A DNA stretch of 64,000 bases, from the NCBI GenBank assembly GCA_030248215.1, contig JASANG010001107.1, positions 186,001-250,000 of the forward strand, written 5' to 3'. Source of the DNA: Enoplolaimus lenunculus. Lineage: Eukaryota. Positions 26,511 to 40,300 of the stretch are shown here, piece by piece. The notes under the pieces were generated by a model. It had not been told where the DNA came from. It saw only the letters and a list, made by a program, of their open reading frames with translations, and made no database searches. The position numbers and the translations under genes are program-made. The number at the start of each line of letters is the position of its first letter. The first letter of the stretch is position 1.

Positions 26511-28325
26511 TTTAGAAGAAAGTTCTAAAGCACCGATTTCATAGATTTTTGATGTGTATACGGCAGATTTATTACATGCCAAGTAGATATGCACAGAGTT
26601 AATGTAAAGCTGCATATATTTTTATGGCTTGAGCTGAAAGTTGTTAGAATTCGCAGTAAGCTCCACTTGTGGCCGTGGTACTGTACCGGTAGTCTGTTGC
26701 GCATCGCAAAGCCGTTGCGCGGTAAACGTCACCAAGTCTATGTGACCGGGCTACGACTGCTCAACACTTACGTGCATGGGTCCTGAGCCATCTTACTCGA
26801 TGCGAGGATACTTACCGGGTGCTAGCGGTCTGAGCTCAACTTCGTAAGCATGGGAAAGCAAATCAAATGTTCGAATAGGCGCCCTCTGTAGAATAGGAAG
26901 ACTGCGTCCGCCAATGGATGTTCCAGTCTGGTCTGACTATTCGACATCGCGGCACATCTAGTTTACGGATCCGTAGCCGTGTGTGTATCAAGTGACACCA
27001 GGTTTTGCATCCTGTAAAGTTTGTTTTATGCGGTGATCTACATGTTGCTTGAGCTCGTCTTTCGAGCGCATTAAATCGGGTCGGCCGCTCAGGACGTAAA
27101 GAAGCTTACGTTGCATGTTCGATTAAGTTTCTTTGACTGGTTTGCTGGTATTTAACGATTCCTATGAGTGCGGTTACCTACAACCATGTTTGCAAGCTTA
27201 ACCAGAACAGTTTTGATAGTAGTATAAAAAATGGCGACTAAATGCTGGGTTCCCGACACGTGAACTTTGCACGTCATCAAATCAATTGTTGGTGACAAGC
27301 ATCGTATTAGGTTCGAAAAAAAGAAAGAAGCTAGAGAGATAAGTCGAATACTTATGTGCCGAACAGCCGTACTATTATCTAATTTGTGAAAATTATTTTG
27401 GCCTGTGTGATTGTTTGTTCCGAAAAAAATATGCGAAAATGATCCACAGCTATTCGTTCGAGAGTTCAAATGTTTTTGCCGCTCGGGAGCAAGCCATAGC
27501 TTTCCGTTTTGCCTTTTCAGCAGTTTGTTACTCCGTCAGCGCCTGGCTTGTTGTTCATAACACAATTGGGCCGACGTGTGAAAGGCTATCCACCTCAAAG
27601 TAGCTAACCTTAAAAGCTTAAACGAACTCGATTTAAAGCTAATCTACAGTATTATATACAAAAATGCTTTTTGAAATACATTCAAAAATATACGTATTTA
27701 ACACATATTTCTGTAAATAATGCTGTTCTGAGCTGCACGCTACCCGCGAGCACTGACGGGTAACGCGGGCGTATGCCGGGGGGATCAGCGTCCCCTGCAA
27801 AAATCCCCCCTAGAAAATTTTCAACCTTGCTTGCAAGTCATTGAAAACGTTTGAATTTTCCGCCTGAAAGGTTTTAGCCCCCCAGAAGGTGAGCTGGCTA
27901 CGGCTTGCAAACTGATTTGGATGTCGCGGTGGCTAGCCACCGCGCCAACTGCTGCCGTGACCAGCCATATTGGCGATATGGCTGAATTGATGCTGTGGTT
28001 ATACGAAATATCCCTCCAATAAATTATTGTTGGGATTTATATAAGACACAAATTTCTTATTATCAAAATTTAGTTGTCAGGGACGTGCTTAGCGCCAGTC
28101 GATCCACCCCTAGAGCTCCGGCTTAAATATGCATTGCGCTGTAGGACCAAATAAATTTTATAAGCTTTAATGAATCCGAATGTAAAATTTTTTGAGGTTT
28201 TTGATACCAAAACATGCCTCAGGTTTCTCAATCACGAACTTACTCACTAGAGTACTATATATTAGCACGAAATGAATTTCATAATTGGTGCCAAGCAGAA
28301 TCAAAATGTTACCGTTGAAATGCAA

Positions 28326-28647
28326 TACTGTAATGACCCGAATAAGAGGGGTATGATATTTATTTGGCCTCTCCAGAGGGTACCCACTGTTATTCGGTTA
28401 CGGACTGGTATTTATTTTAAGCCGCTCTCCGCCGCCTTTTGTAACTGATATGTATCCGGAATTGCAACTCTCTGTTGAATTAAACGTTTATTTGTCCTGT
28501 ATCAAAAGCTTGATGCGATAATACAAGGTATTACTTAGAAATGTAGTTTCAAAACATAAGTATGGGTTAAAGTTTCGAACGCAACTTTATTTAGGCTTGG
28601 AGTCAATTATGCACTACAATTTGGGATAATTGATATTTATGGACTCT
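28326..28647 (+). mobile_element. MITE family A copy, right end truncated
   Basis: TACTGTAATGACCCGAATAAGAGGGG start; homology stops at TTTATGGACTCTA. Confidence 0.8.
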
Positions 28648-31600
28648 ACGTAATATTTTTCCAAATGGCGCCTACATCACAGACAATTCAACGTGGTTCA
28701 TTGGTTTTTGTCCGGAAGATTAAGGTGGTTGGCCTCATAGCTAACTTGGGTAGGAGACACGGACAAGCTTGAGTGGGCCAGGCCAACACTAGCTCGGCCT
28801 GGATGGATATACATATATATGTATATATCTATATATATGTATATATATCTATATATATTGATCAATGAATTTTCTGCTTTTAATGGATGCGTGAATTGTT
28901 TTGTTATTCTTGAGTACCTATTTGAATTAAAAGTATAACTGGGTTGAGTTCAGGCTCCGCCCCCAGCCTAAGTTTTGAAGTCTGCGTCCGGCAGTTCTTT
29001 GTTTCTAAAAGTAAGGTGTTTCGAAAATCAACAAAATTCTTTTTATATTTCAGACAAAACTGCTCTTTAAATGTTTATGAAATTGCTTTTTTTAATTTTC
29101 AAACTTTCAAAGCTAAAAAATTTTAGATGTTTATTTATAAAAATTTCAGAACTTAAAATCCGAAAATAAAAACATATATGCCAGGAGTCTCTAATCAAAC
29201 ATTATACAGTCTGAAATTTCAGAATCTATCGTATAAAATTTATGGCATTTGTTTTGTGTCTTTGTTTTTCATTTTGTTGACTGGTCCAAATACCAAATGG
29301 CCCTTCGGGCATATCAGATCGCCTGTACACTATACTGGTAGATCAATTCGAAGATGCCTACCCTTATTTTAGTTTGCTTGATTTTTTAGCGTAGGGTTAC
29401 GATGTGCTATATAGTGTGCCACTTCACCAGTAAAACGTTGCGTTTGTGTTTAATTTTGCTGCAGTTTTTTTGCATTGTTTTATAAAAAACACGCGAAAAC
29501 GCCATAAATTTGAAAACCAAGGAGCTAAACAAGACGAGTAAGGAATATATATCCATTCAAAAGGCAGAAAGCTACACAATAATTTATTAAATGCCAGTGA
29601 ATTTGTAGGGACGACTTCCTAAGCAATCAGAACATTCGTTCAGTCCGTTATTGATAGAAAATCTCAAAGATAGGAATAGCCCTAGTCTATGCATTGGCCG
29701 GCTAAAATAAACCGTTTCCGAAACCTAAGGCCAAGCCTCAACCTAAACGTGAGCTGCGTCTGAGACGGAGGCTGTGCGGGGGCAATATACAAGAGTCTTT
29801 TAGGATTACAGCCAATTGGCTAATCCTGTTCACACACACGATTATCAACTGTTCAAATCCTATGTTGTAGTTTGCAGTTTAGCATTCGAATTATTTACAA
29901 TGGTTTCGTTTCTTTTGACTTTACGTAACGCCTACTTCCACTTTCAAGCACACATTTCATTGTGATCATATTATCAACTGTGACGTAGAAGAAGCATTTC
30001 CTGATGGCAAAGGCCTTGGGACAGTACACGCGAAGAGGTGTTGTTAGTTGACATTTCGCTACATCATTTTTTCGCTAGTGCGGCTGAAATCGAATGTTGC
30101 ATAATAACATTCTAGCAACAAACAACAAGTTTCAGCATATATACATTTTTGCCCTTTTCGCTACTTGACGATCACAAATTTTCATTATGAGCTGGAGCTT
30201 TGCGTTCATGTGTACATGAGAGCAAGTACAAAACACCCAAATAGCTATACATGTTTTGACGCTATAATGCCATAGCTAGCGGATTTAGCTAGCTAGCTGG
30301 CCTAATATCTCGCTATAGATTGCGACAGCACACGGTAAAACTGCCTTTAACGTGTCTGCATGAATTCTTGTATTCTGCTAAGACAACAGCATCTCTCGAT
30401 AGTGTTGTCACATGCTACCCTTTGCCAGCGAAAAACGAAAAAACAGCACAGTTTGCGTATTCGCGAAATTGTGTGTTTCCATATACGCGGAATTCATCAT
30501 GCTTTCTTGAACTAAGGTATATATTTTATATAGAATAGATATAACCACACGTCTTGATTGGAAAGTTCACTGTGCGCAACGAAATCTCATCAATCAAGAG
30601 GTACGAGATAAGTTCTTCAGTGTGCCTTTTAAAGCTGCTTTTAAAAGCAACTGTTGAACATTTCGATCAACTTTCTGTTTACCGACTTTACCGCGTTTTC
30701 GTTGCGAAGAGTGTTATTTAAGATTCGTAAAAGAACATGCTTATACTCAACAGTTTTATATGAAGTATAATATAAATGTTTAGGTATAAAATGATAATAC
30801 AAATGTAAATTTGCAACTTTTAGCTGAACACGGAACACGCTGTGTAACAGTTTGAGTAATCGTTTAAACAGGTTAACTGCGCTGCAAAAGGTTTTCTTTG
30901 GCTATGTTGTTAGCAATTTGCAGTGATCAGATTGTGCCGTTTCCAGCTATGACAAGCTATCTATATAATTAAAACTAGAACGCACCATATACGCATTTTG
31001 GGCACTGTTCCAGCTGATTTCATATACATAAACAAATTAATATACACTAAATCGTTTTACTGCTGAATAGAAGATGTACAAGATTTTTGACACAATTTAA
31101 TCAACTTCATACGTGTAACTTATTGTACCTTACATGTGAAACGTCGGTATAGTTACACTTGCAAGTTTATGCAGATGGATTCAGAAATGATAATTTGTAC
31201 GTTTATGATCAAGTATTAAAAGTATAAGATTAGATGTTTGCACAAATTTTGATATTTGCGCTATAACTGTTCACGGCATGATCTGTGTAGTTTTTTGAAC
31301 TAAAATAGAGCATGCAAGGCTTCGAGTCAACATGCAGTTGCAAAACTGGCACGAGTGACCACTTATTACTGTTCAGATATATACACTTCCGTTGTGATTA
31401 TTGTTTCAATAGTATTTGCTTACTTATGAAATGCAGTGGCGATAGACAGGAATCTTTGGCAATAATTATATACTATAATTATAAGTATATTAAATGAAAC
31501 TGCATTATAAACAGATCGTCGGATTGCAAGATATATTGTTATAGGTTCCAACGCTAATGTTATGTAAGTAATCAACAGCCAAATATTAGCTGCGTATACT

Positions 31601-31722
31601 TATAATAGAAAAAATCAAAAAATTGTAAGGATAGTGCAATAATCTTTGGTATTATAATATTAGTGTTATCGGTAGGGTCTGTTCACTGTAACAGCGTCTC
31701 TCGTTCTCGTATGATACCACAT

Positions 31723-31931
31723 GGTGACACGAATATACGACATTTCGTCGCCCGACAACTTGTCGCCCAATGGTGTCCGAAACCCTACCAATAAATCTGA
31801 GCATTATCCGAAGCGTAATCCGAAGCCAAAGTCTAAGCTTAAGCATAGGGCGACGAATTGCCGAGTCGATGAAATTTCGGATTACAAGTTGTCTGTCGAT
31901 GAGTTGTCGGGCGACGAATTGCCGTGATACC
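31723..31931. mobile_element. Foldback MITE-like element with ~15-bp subterminal repeats and a hexamer core
   Basis: TTCGTCGCCCGACAAC on the left, GTTGTCGGGCGACGAA on the right; CCGAAG/CTAAGC hexamers inside. Confidence 0.65.
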
Positions 31932-34900
31932 GACGACACACGGCTGCATATAACAAGTAAAGAGCAACTCTAAAAGTTTCAATCACATTTTTACAACGTT
32001 GACTATAGTGCAGCTAATCCCCTCATTGCGGACAAATTGAGAAATATTTATTATTCTACAAAAATCGTTTGGGGCGCATTCATATTATTTTGGATTTAGC
32101 CATTTTAATCCAAAGCTTTGATTCGTGCAAGTCACGTAAGCCTAAAAGCAGAAGTCGAAACTGCAAAACAACACCTTGGTCTTAGTATATAATACCGCTA
32201 CTAATCTTCGGCTACATTTTCTTGTCTGCATGTTCTTGGTATTCTCTGAAATTTTAAATACGCATCCTTTTATCAGACACACATATTGACATCATTGTGA
32301 TTTGTGGCGCAATGGATCATATACTTTATTATAGCACAATCTACATAGCTTAGCAAGCAACGCTGCAAAAGCTCAAAACGAATATTCAAACCTTTGTTTA
32401 GATGTGTTGTCATCGAACTATAAGCTGCTAAAGGTATCACAGAAAATTGTGGTGAAACGCAATAACAAGTAACAGTTTCAGTGAATATCTGCTTTTTGAT
32501 ACCCAGAAAACACTCTGATACAAAGAATTTTGTTAATCCTGACTCAAAGATAAAGCTTATACAAAATTGCGTATTTATCATTTTACCTTAAATAACATTC
32601 TGAACTAATTTATACAGTTTTCAAGTAACTTTTCGACTTCTGCGAAAACCGCTTTGGTTTCGTAGCTTAAATTGATGTAACGAGGTGTTTGCGACGTGAT
32701 AGTGTTGTATTGGTGCTTATTTTTCAGTTAACCAAAATCCTCAGGTGATGTCAATGGTTTTCAATGTTGAGCCGTATAATTCAGTTAATAGTGGTTGCGC
32801 ATCTGTTTGCAATTGCACATTTTTCATCGACTCTGGTTCAAAAATTTATAAATAAAATATACATACACAACAGGAGATTCAGTGATTTGTTTGAGCTTGC
32901 GTTGCAGTTACGCTTTTAAAATTTCGAATCGAATGCAGGATGAGCTAAAGTTATTTTTCACGAACGAAATAAAATGAGCGAAAACTTTTCTTTTTGTAAT
33001 TTTTGAAGGTTTCACAGCTGTCACGATGCTTTTACTCCTAAAACAAAATGGTAAACGTCGGTACAGAAAGCAAAACTAATTTTTATTCAGTATTTGCTAT
33101 GCGGCAGTAACTTAGGCTGTTCGACTGTTTGTCCCATGTTAATAAGGTCAGGCTTCGAACACTGTGGGATTGCAATAGAATAAGCTTAACCTTTAGACTA
33201 TGTTTAGCATAGGCTTAGGTGTAACGTTTAACCTCAGTCTTACGCTTAGGCTAATAGGCTTATGTTTAGGTTTAGACTTAGGAGTATGCTTATACTACTG
33301 TTACGGCCCTGTTCAACACATAGGTCGACTGTTTTATGGTAGCGTTGTTGGCTGCAAAAACCCTCTATAAGCAGTCTACGCTCTCTTAACAGCAACACTG
33401 TTCTAGAAAATCCTTTTCCTGGTATTCTACGAACACAGTACTAGCTGCGTATCTAGTTTTGTGTATGGTCTCTATATAGCTATTCATACAGAGTGCCTTG
33501 TAGTGCTTGCTGTGAAATAGGCCGCTTGGAACCTAAAGAGAATCAAAACAAATAAAATATACAAAAACCGTACATACCTTATGCTTACTCTAAGATGACG
33601 AGGCAGCGACGCACAAGGAGGGTATAAGGGATATATCCCGACCCGAACTTGGCAGAAACAAGAATACACACAGTTATAGGCTTTACAGCTGGCATGTTGC
33701 GGTCGCGTGCAAGAAAACGTTTACTTGAAGTTTATACCCTCTCCAATGAAATATAATGCTACCGACACACTGACTGCTAGACTGCGCCTCCTGAACACAA
33801 AAGTGTTTCTGTCTTTTCTGATATTCTGAGAAACAGTGTTTCTGTGCATATAAAGCCAACACCATATAGCCATACACACAAATTTTTGTAGTGGTATGCA
33901 TGGGTGGCAAGTTGTTTCCACCAAGCGCTACCCTGTAATGCTTTTGACAGTATAAAGGCGACTATTTGTATGTTGAACGAGTGAGTAGCATTAATCGTTA
34001 CACAATATTCAGTATGTATAGTTTAAGTTGAAAATATATGTTCGCTTTTGAAAAGTATTGACGAAATAACGTAGACCTGTTGGGGTTTTGGCAATGACCA
34101 TATGTGTTTTTTATATAATTCGTGTAGCAGTCAGTTATATTACTTATGTGCTACTATTTGCAACTGCCGAAAGTCCTATTTGCAGCACTATCTTGAGTTG
34201 ATGTAGCTGAGAAATGGAGCAAGATTTAGAAAACACAAACACTTTTGCACCAACAACCAACGCATGTAGGATTCTTACTGCGCAGGTGAACTGCTATAGC
34301 GTATATATTGTGAACAAAAATTTTCGAACGAAACAAGCCACGAAGGCTTTGAGCCGTATTCTTAACTCTATGCAGCAAGCAACGCATACTGTACGTTTAA
34401 CGAGTTTTAGTAATAGTTCTTCCAATAAATAGGAATTGCTCCTTTCAATTTTGAATGTTCCTGAATTTATAGTCACTAAAATAGAGTAGTATAAGCTGGA
34501 ACACTGAGAGTGGAAAATATTAAATGTATATCTTTCTAAACGCTATTTATCTGGCACGATTTTCACATCACGAGATTTTCAGCTGTTTTTTAAATGTTAT
34601 CTATATTTGACAAATTGATACATTTCTACCATAAAATTTCATTTAGGCGTTTAAGGTGTCAGGAACCAGAGGGTAATATTCAAATTGATCAGGGTGGGAC
34701 TGTGTAAGTTAAACATCACGCCAAGTTTTAAGACAGTCATGCTGTGAGTAAATGCTTACATTTCCCGTCTCGTCATCTCGTCGCTCATCAATAAATGCAA
34801 TCTGTCAGTTTTTGTAGTTCATACGAAAATAATTTGTAATTAAATGAGCAAAATTATGCGTTTGAAAATTTATGCTGATGGAATATAGGTTTGTTTGAAA

Positions 34901-35642
34901 TGTTGCCAATTTTCACCTGGCAAATACATACAAATTGATCCGCTAATATAATTTTCGTTATAAGATGATTTCAAGGTGTAACTTGAGTATCCGTTTCTGC
35001 TTCTAATGAAAATCGGTGTACGTTTCCGTTGTAGGAATACCGAAATATCTGTGATTTATTTAATGTCGTCTAGCATATCCAAAATAAGGTACTGCAGAAG
35101 ACGAAAACGCGATATATTTCTGAGCTAAAGTTTGCGTTTCTTAAAAACATTACATTTCTTTGTTAGACTAACAGCAAAGCAATCTTTCGAAACCTAGCAA
35201 GGTAATTTTTCAAGCTAAAAATTGTCAATATTACGAAACAGCAAAAATGAAAAATGTGCCGCAAACTGCTAGCCATAGTGTAAACAATCATGATAGATAT
35301 TGTTTCAGCAATTTTTAAAACAATATTGTAAAACACATTCAGCGTTTTTAATAAACCAAGTAATAATTTCAAGTGTTTCTATGCTTGCTTTTGATTGAAA
35401 GCAATGTTATCAATGCGTAAAGTATTTCTTACTCCAATACTTTTATACTGGGGTATTGCAACAAGAATTGTCAAATAAACATTGTGTTTAGAAATCAATT
35501 ATGTGGGTCAATAACATCATAGCGATAGCCGTGTGCAGCTAAACAATTGGAATTATTAATATAATAGCAGCAAGGTAGGTGGTTGAAAATTTAGTGTCGA
35601 CTATCATATCTTAACTCAGCAATAAATCCGTGTTAAACCTAA

Positions 35643-37350
35643 ATGACTGAAGCAATTTCAAAGCCAGATAGTGTGACCGGCAGCAGCAATCTGTCAACTC
35701 CAATAGTTGGTCCGAATAAAGCTGATCCAACTGATACCGCTGTTGCTATTAACACAAGCGTATGGGCCAATAACAATGGTAAAAATAACAACAACGACAA
35801 CAACAACAACAACGACAACAACAACAACAATAATAATAATAATAACAAAAACAACAACAACGAGGACGACGTCGACGACGATGACAGTAACAATAACGAC
35901 GACGACGACAACAACAGCAGCAACGAAAACATTAATGGAAATCACGGTAGCGGCGGCAGAGCGAATAGTAAAAGCGGCAGCACCTCAAACGATAATAACA
36001 TCCCATCGACATGCGAAGGCTTAGATCGCGGTAAAACAAGAACCAAACGAAGCCGTAATAAGCAACGTCGAAGAAGCCAAGTCACAACTAGCATAGATCA
36101 CAACCGTCCCGACTGTAGCAGTGATGATAAACAAAACAACAAATGTTCAAAAAGTGATGTAGCAAGCGATAACGTTGAAAGTGATAAGTTTCAGTCTTCA
36201 GTATATGGTGACACAATCAGCGCTACCGATAAATATTCGTCTACCACTAGCGCTAGTATGGTGAAAATCCAGGACAAAGCGACAGCGAAATCGGCAGATA
36301 AGCAAAGTGGACTGATGAGTAAAAACGAACGAAACGCGATGAATATTGGTGATAACGATGGGAGTGGCGACAAAAATAGTAAATGCGAAAAATCGACGTG
36401 GATGACGCAACGAACTGTATTCAACAACGATGCTTCATGTGTTGTATCAAACCAAACGAAAACAAGTAGCGAGAAGAACAAGAACAAGAAAAAGAAAAAC
36501 AACAACAACAATAACAACAATAACAACAACAACAACAACAACAATAACAACAACAATAACAACAACAATGACAACAACAAAAGCAAAGGTAGCCGAAGTG
36601 AACATTCACAAGAAATTGACAATAGAAATTATGGGCGAAACACAACAAAATGCAGTAGTGGAAAGGCTACAAGTAACCTAAGTAGTGATGAAAATACAAT
36701 AAAGAGTCTACCGGACAACAGCAAAAATTCATCTGAATCAAAACAACTAAACGCGACAAATGGGAACGAAACGAGTAATCAAAACAGCAACAATAGCGCG
36801 AATACAGTGTTGGAAGCCGGATCTCGAAATACGACCAACGAAATCATGGGCAGCACTAGGGTCAGCATTGATAGCGAACGTAGCAGCGAATATTACAAAC
36901 GCGAATCAAGATATTACTTTAGTCCAACTGATACCGGCCAGATATCGAGTGATTCAGCGTCGCCGGACAACAACGAAAAATCCTGTTCATCGGAACCAAA
37001 CGATTTGGACGATGCTAACTTTTTAGCGCTTGACAAAAAAACCACAATTCGAGAATTGAGATCTGGCAGCATACCAAACATTGCTTACAACGGCATTAAG
37101 GCGAAATCCACCGGGTCTCATCAGAGCAACAACACTGCAACAGTAGCGTTTGCGACCAAATTTTTGGCAAAATTACGCCAATTTCGTGCAAGGGAATTTA
37201 TGCCCGATGTTCGTATTGTCACTGCAAATGGCAAAGTATCATTTCTGGCTCATCGGGTTGTGCTCGCCGCAAATTCCAAACATTTCGAACGATTGTTCAG
37301 TTCAGATTGTACAAAACTCAACGGAAAAAATAACGCTAAAGCTGGTAAAA
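35643..37350 (+). CDS. Coding exon 1 of BTB-ZF gene: Asn/Asp/Ser-rich region, then N-terminal half of BTB
   Basis: 574-aa ORF with BTB start (DVRIV...FLAHRVVLAANS..F) near its end; donor A|GTAAGC at 37351, alternative G|GTAAAA at 37345, both phase 1. Confidence 0.85.
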
Positions 37351-40300
37351 GTAAGCTAAATTATTGATTTATAATGGCAATTACTTACTATTATTATCGG
37401 CAGTGTGTCGAAATGATATTAACTTGCGTACCTCTACACTGCCATATTCATAACGAACGGGGCAGGCTTATAGAAACGCATGTTTGGTGTAAAAGAAGCA
37501 TTGAAATAGTTATGTAATTTGCATTAATTCATTTGTTTGTATGAAACATTCAAGTTCTGCCCTAAAAATAGACGTATCTAATGGGCATCTTATTTCCATT
37601 CCTCATTAGGGCCGTCAAACTACCTAGTTTTTGGACCTAACTCTAATGAAGTAAACAAAGCGGTGAGATAACAAAGTTTGCCGCGAAGCTCAAATAGAAT
37701 TATTAGCATATTAAGCAATACCTCGAAACACATATTTACATAGAAAACGCTCAAAAGCCCTTTTCATTTACGATCACTTCACAACTCCATTACTGAAATT
37801 TTACATACGTTGCTTCCAGAAGCGTGTACATTTCTGACAATTCCATGTGACAGCTTAGCTTCAAGCAACAAAGTTTGACACAAAATAGCTTTGGAAAATG
37901 TTTTCAATTTTTTTCTACTGTTTGTTTCAGGTTTGCAGCACGGCGTATCAGTTGTTCATTTGCGCAACTGTGATGAGATATCGGTTGGAAGTGCGATTGA
38001 ATTTTTGTACAGTGGCCGTTTGGAACGATTACCAACGACTAAAGTCGAGCTACGCGCACTGTTAGCAGTCGCCAAAACTTGTGAAATACCAGAGCTAATT
38101 TCTGTTATATCGAGTCTTGGATATGAAATTGATAAACCTGTAGTTAAATCAAGTTTGAAAACCTCGCGATCCAATAATTCAAATGTTGACAGACGTTGTG
38201 GCACAGAAGAAAGCCAACAAATCAACACTGACGCAAACAAATACGGTGCAGTTAACGGTACAGATTGTGACAAAGTGAGAAATAGTAACAAAACTGAAAT
38301 TGAATCCGATATCAGCTACAGAACGACGCAAGCAACAGCCGAAAAACACGCTGACGTATCGTCGTTTGTAAAACAAATTGAAAACATAAACGCGTCGCCC
38401 AACTACAGCGTTTCAGTGTATAACGATGATGGCGAAATAAACAGCGTGACCGCATCTGACCAAACCGGTATTATTGTATCTAATCAAGCAAACGTTGAAA
38501 TAAGTTTCATCAACGAAAATTCTGGTTCACCGCAGCAGTCAGAAACGTCAAACTCAGGCTACGATAGCAGGGATTCAGCGATTGAAATCGATGTCAGTAC
38601 AAGTGATTCGCCAAAAGACAGCAGCAGCAACAATTCTGATCATTCGACGCCGTATTCACACCATTCTATCCAGCGCTCTGATAGCGCAGACGGTGAACAA
38701 CGAGACGGTGGCCAAAGCAGTTCAGCAGAAACCGACGAATCATCTGAAACAAGTCAAGAGAGCCCAAGTCATAACTCATCAAGCAGTTCAGATCAAGATC
38801 AACAACGAATGTCGCGAGGAACCAATACAAGCAATGAACGCAACAGTGCCGAAGGCATAAAGACCTTCAGCTGCAACAAAGAAACACAAGATAATTCCAC
38901 TGAAATGTCCGCAGGTACCAAATCGAGATTGAGTCATCATTATCAAAGCGGCAGCAAGAAGGTGGCTGTTAAAGAATCACTGTCGAATAGTAAAACAACG
39001 AAAGGAAAGTTTGCAAAACAAGTCGACCAGCGCGACGAAGAAGATGAAGAAGAAGTTGACATCACTGGGTCTGCGTCAGATACTTCTACGCAAGAGATGA
39101 TCGTTTCGCGTAGTGATTCAAGCGACAGTGAAAAACCGATGAGCTTAGGAAGCGATGGTGAACCGCAGATTGGGCGTACTTCACACGGAAATGTTCCGAC
39201 ATCGTCATCATCAGTTTATGTTTCGTCAACCAAATCAAATAATCAACAACAAAACAGCAGCAACCATGGTTTGACGCAGTTTGCTGGATTGCCAAACAGC
39301 ACAGGAGGAAGCTACTTGCCAAATTTCAGCAGAGAAATATATCGTCCAATTGCGGTGATTTCGACGATGGAGTCGTTGTCTCAGCCGAACAGCGCACAGT
39401 ATTTCGAAGCGTTCGCGCACAGTAATACCAATTATGCGACTAAAATTAGTTGTTCTTCAACACAAATGATACCATCACATACGCCCGTTATTTCGCTAAT
39501 AACGTCTGCTTCAAAATCAACGACGTATACAAGTCCAGCTGATACAGCAAGCCGCTTGCTTGTCGGCTCTACAGAACATCCCGAGATTGAAAGAAGCAGG
39601 GTTGCAGCTACACATTCGGTATGCCCATCATCAACCCGGTATTGCGCCAAACATCTCGTTGTTGGATGTAAATGTCCAAAAAGCCGAATGATGTTCAACC
39701 TGCATACCGGTGAACAAGTGACGAATTCCAAGGGTGGTTACGAACAAAACGACAAAATCCACGAAAATAATGGTTATCAAATGATACGAAATCGAGAGGT
39801 TGATGTTAGCGGTTCTAGCATAATTTCAGATCTTGCCCGTGTTTCAGATCAGGCTACGCGTGAAACTGGAGTCAAACGACACGCACTGGGACCGATCGGA
39901 GGCTTAAAAGACGGCCAAGACGAAACAAAGATGAAGCCAGTGTATAAGGAAAACGTTCAGCATGTTTATACACAAGCTAGCAGCGCGTTTGGTGTTTGTC
40001 CAAAAGATATACCCGACGTAACCTTGTCAGCGATTAATTCTTCGTGTGCTGAACACTGTAACGAACTGAAATCACCAAGAAAAATCGGTGCCGCATCTTT
40101 AACTGAGTTTAATCGTGTGGATTACTGTACTGAAGCGACATTGGACTACAACGAAGAGTTACAGGTCGGTATGAAACAGATTGTTGACAACATTCTTTCG
40201 GCTTCATCACAAGCTATGGGCAATTCATCTAATGGAACTGCATCAAATAATCAATCGGATGAACAAGAGAATCATCAAGTAAAGCAAGAAGAACCGAATA

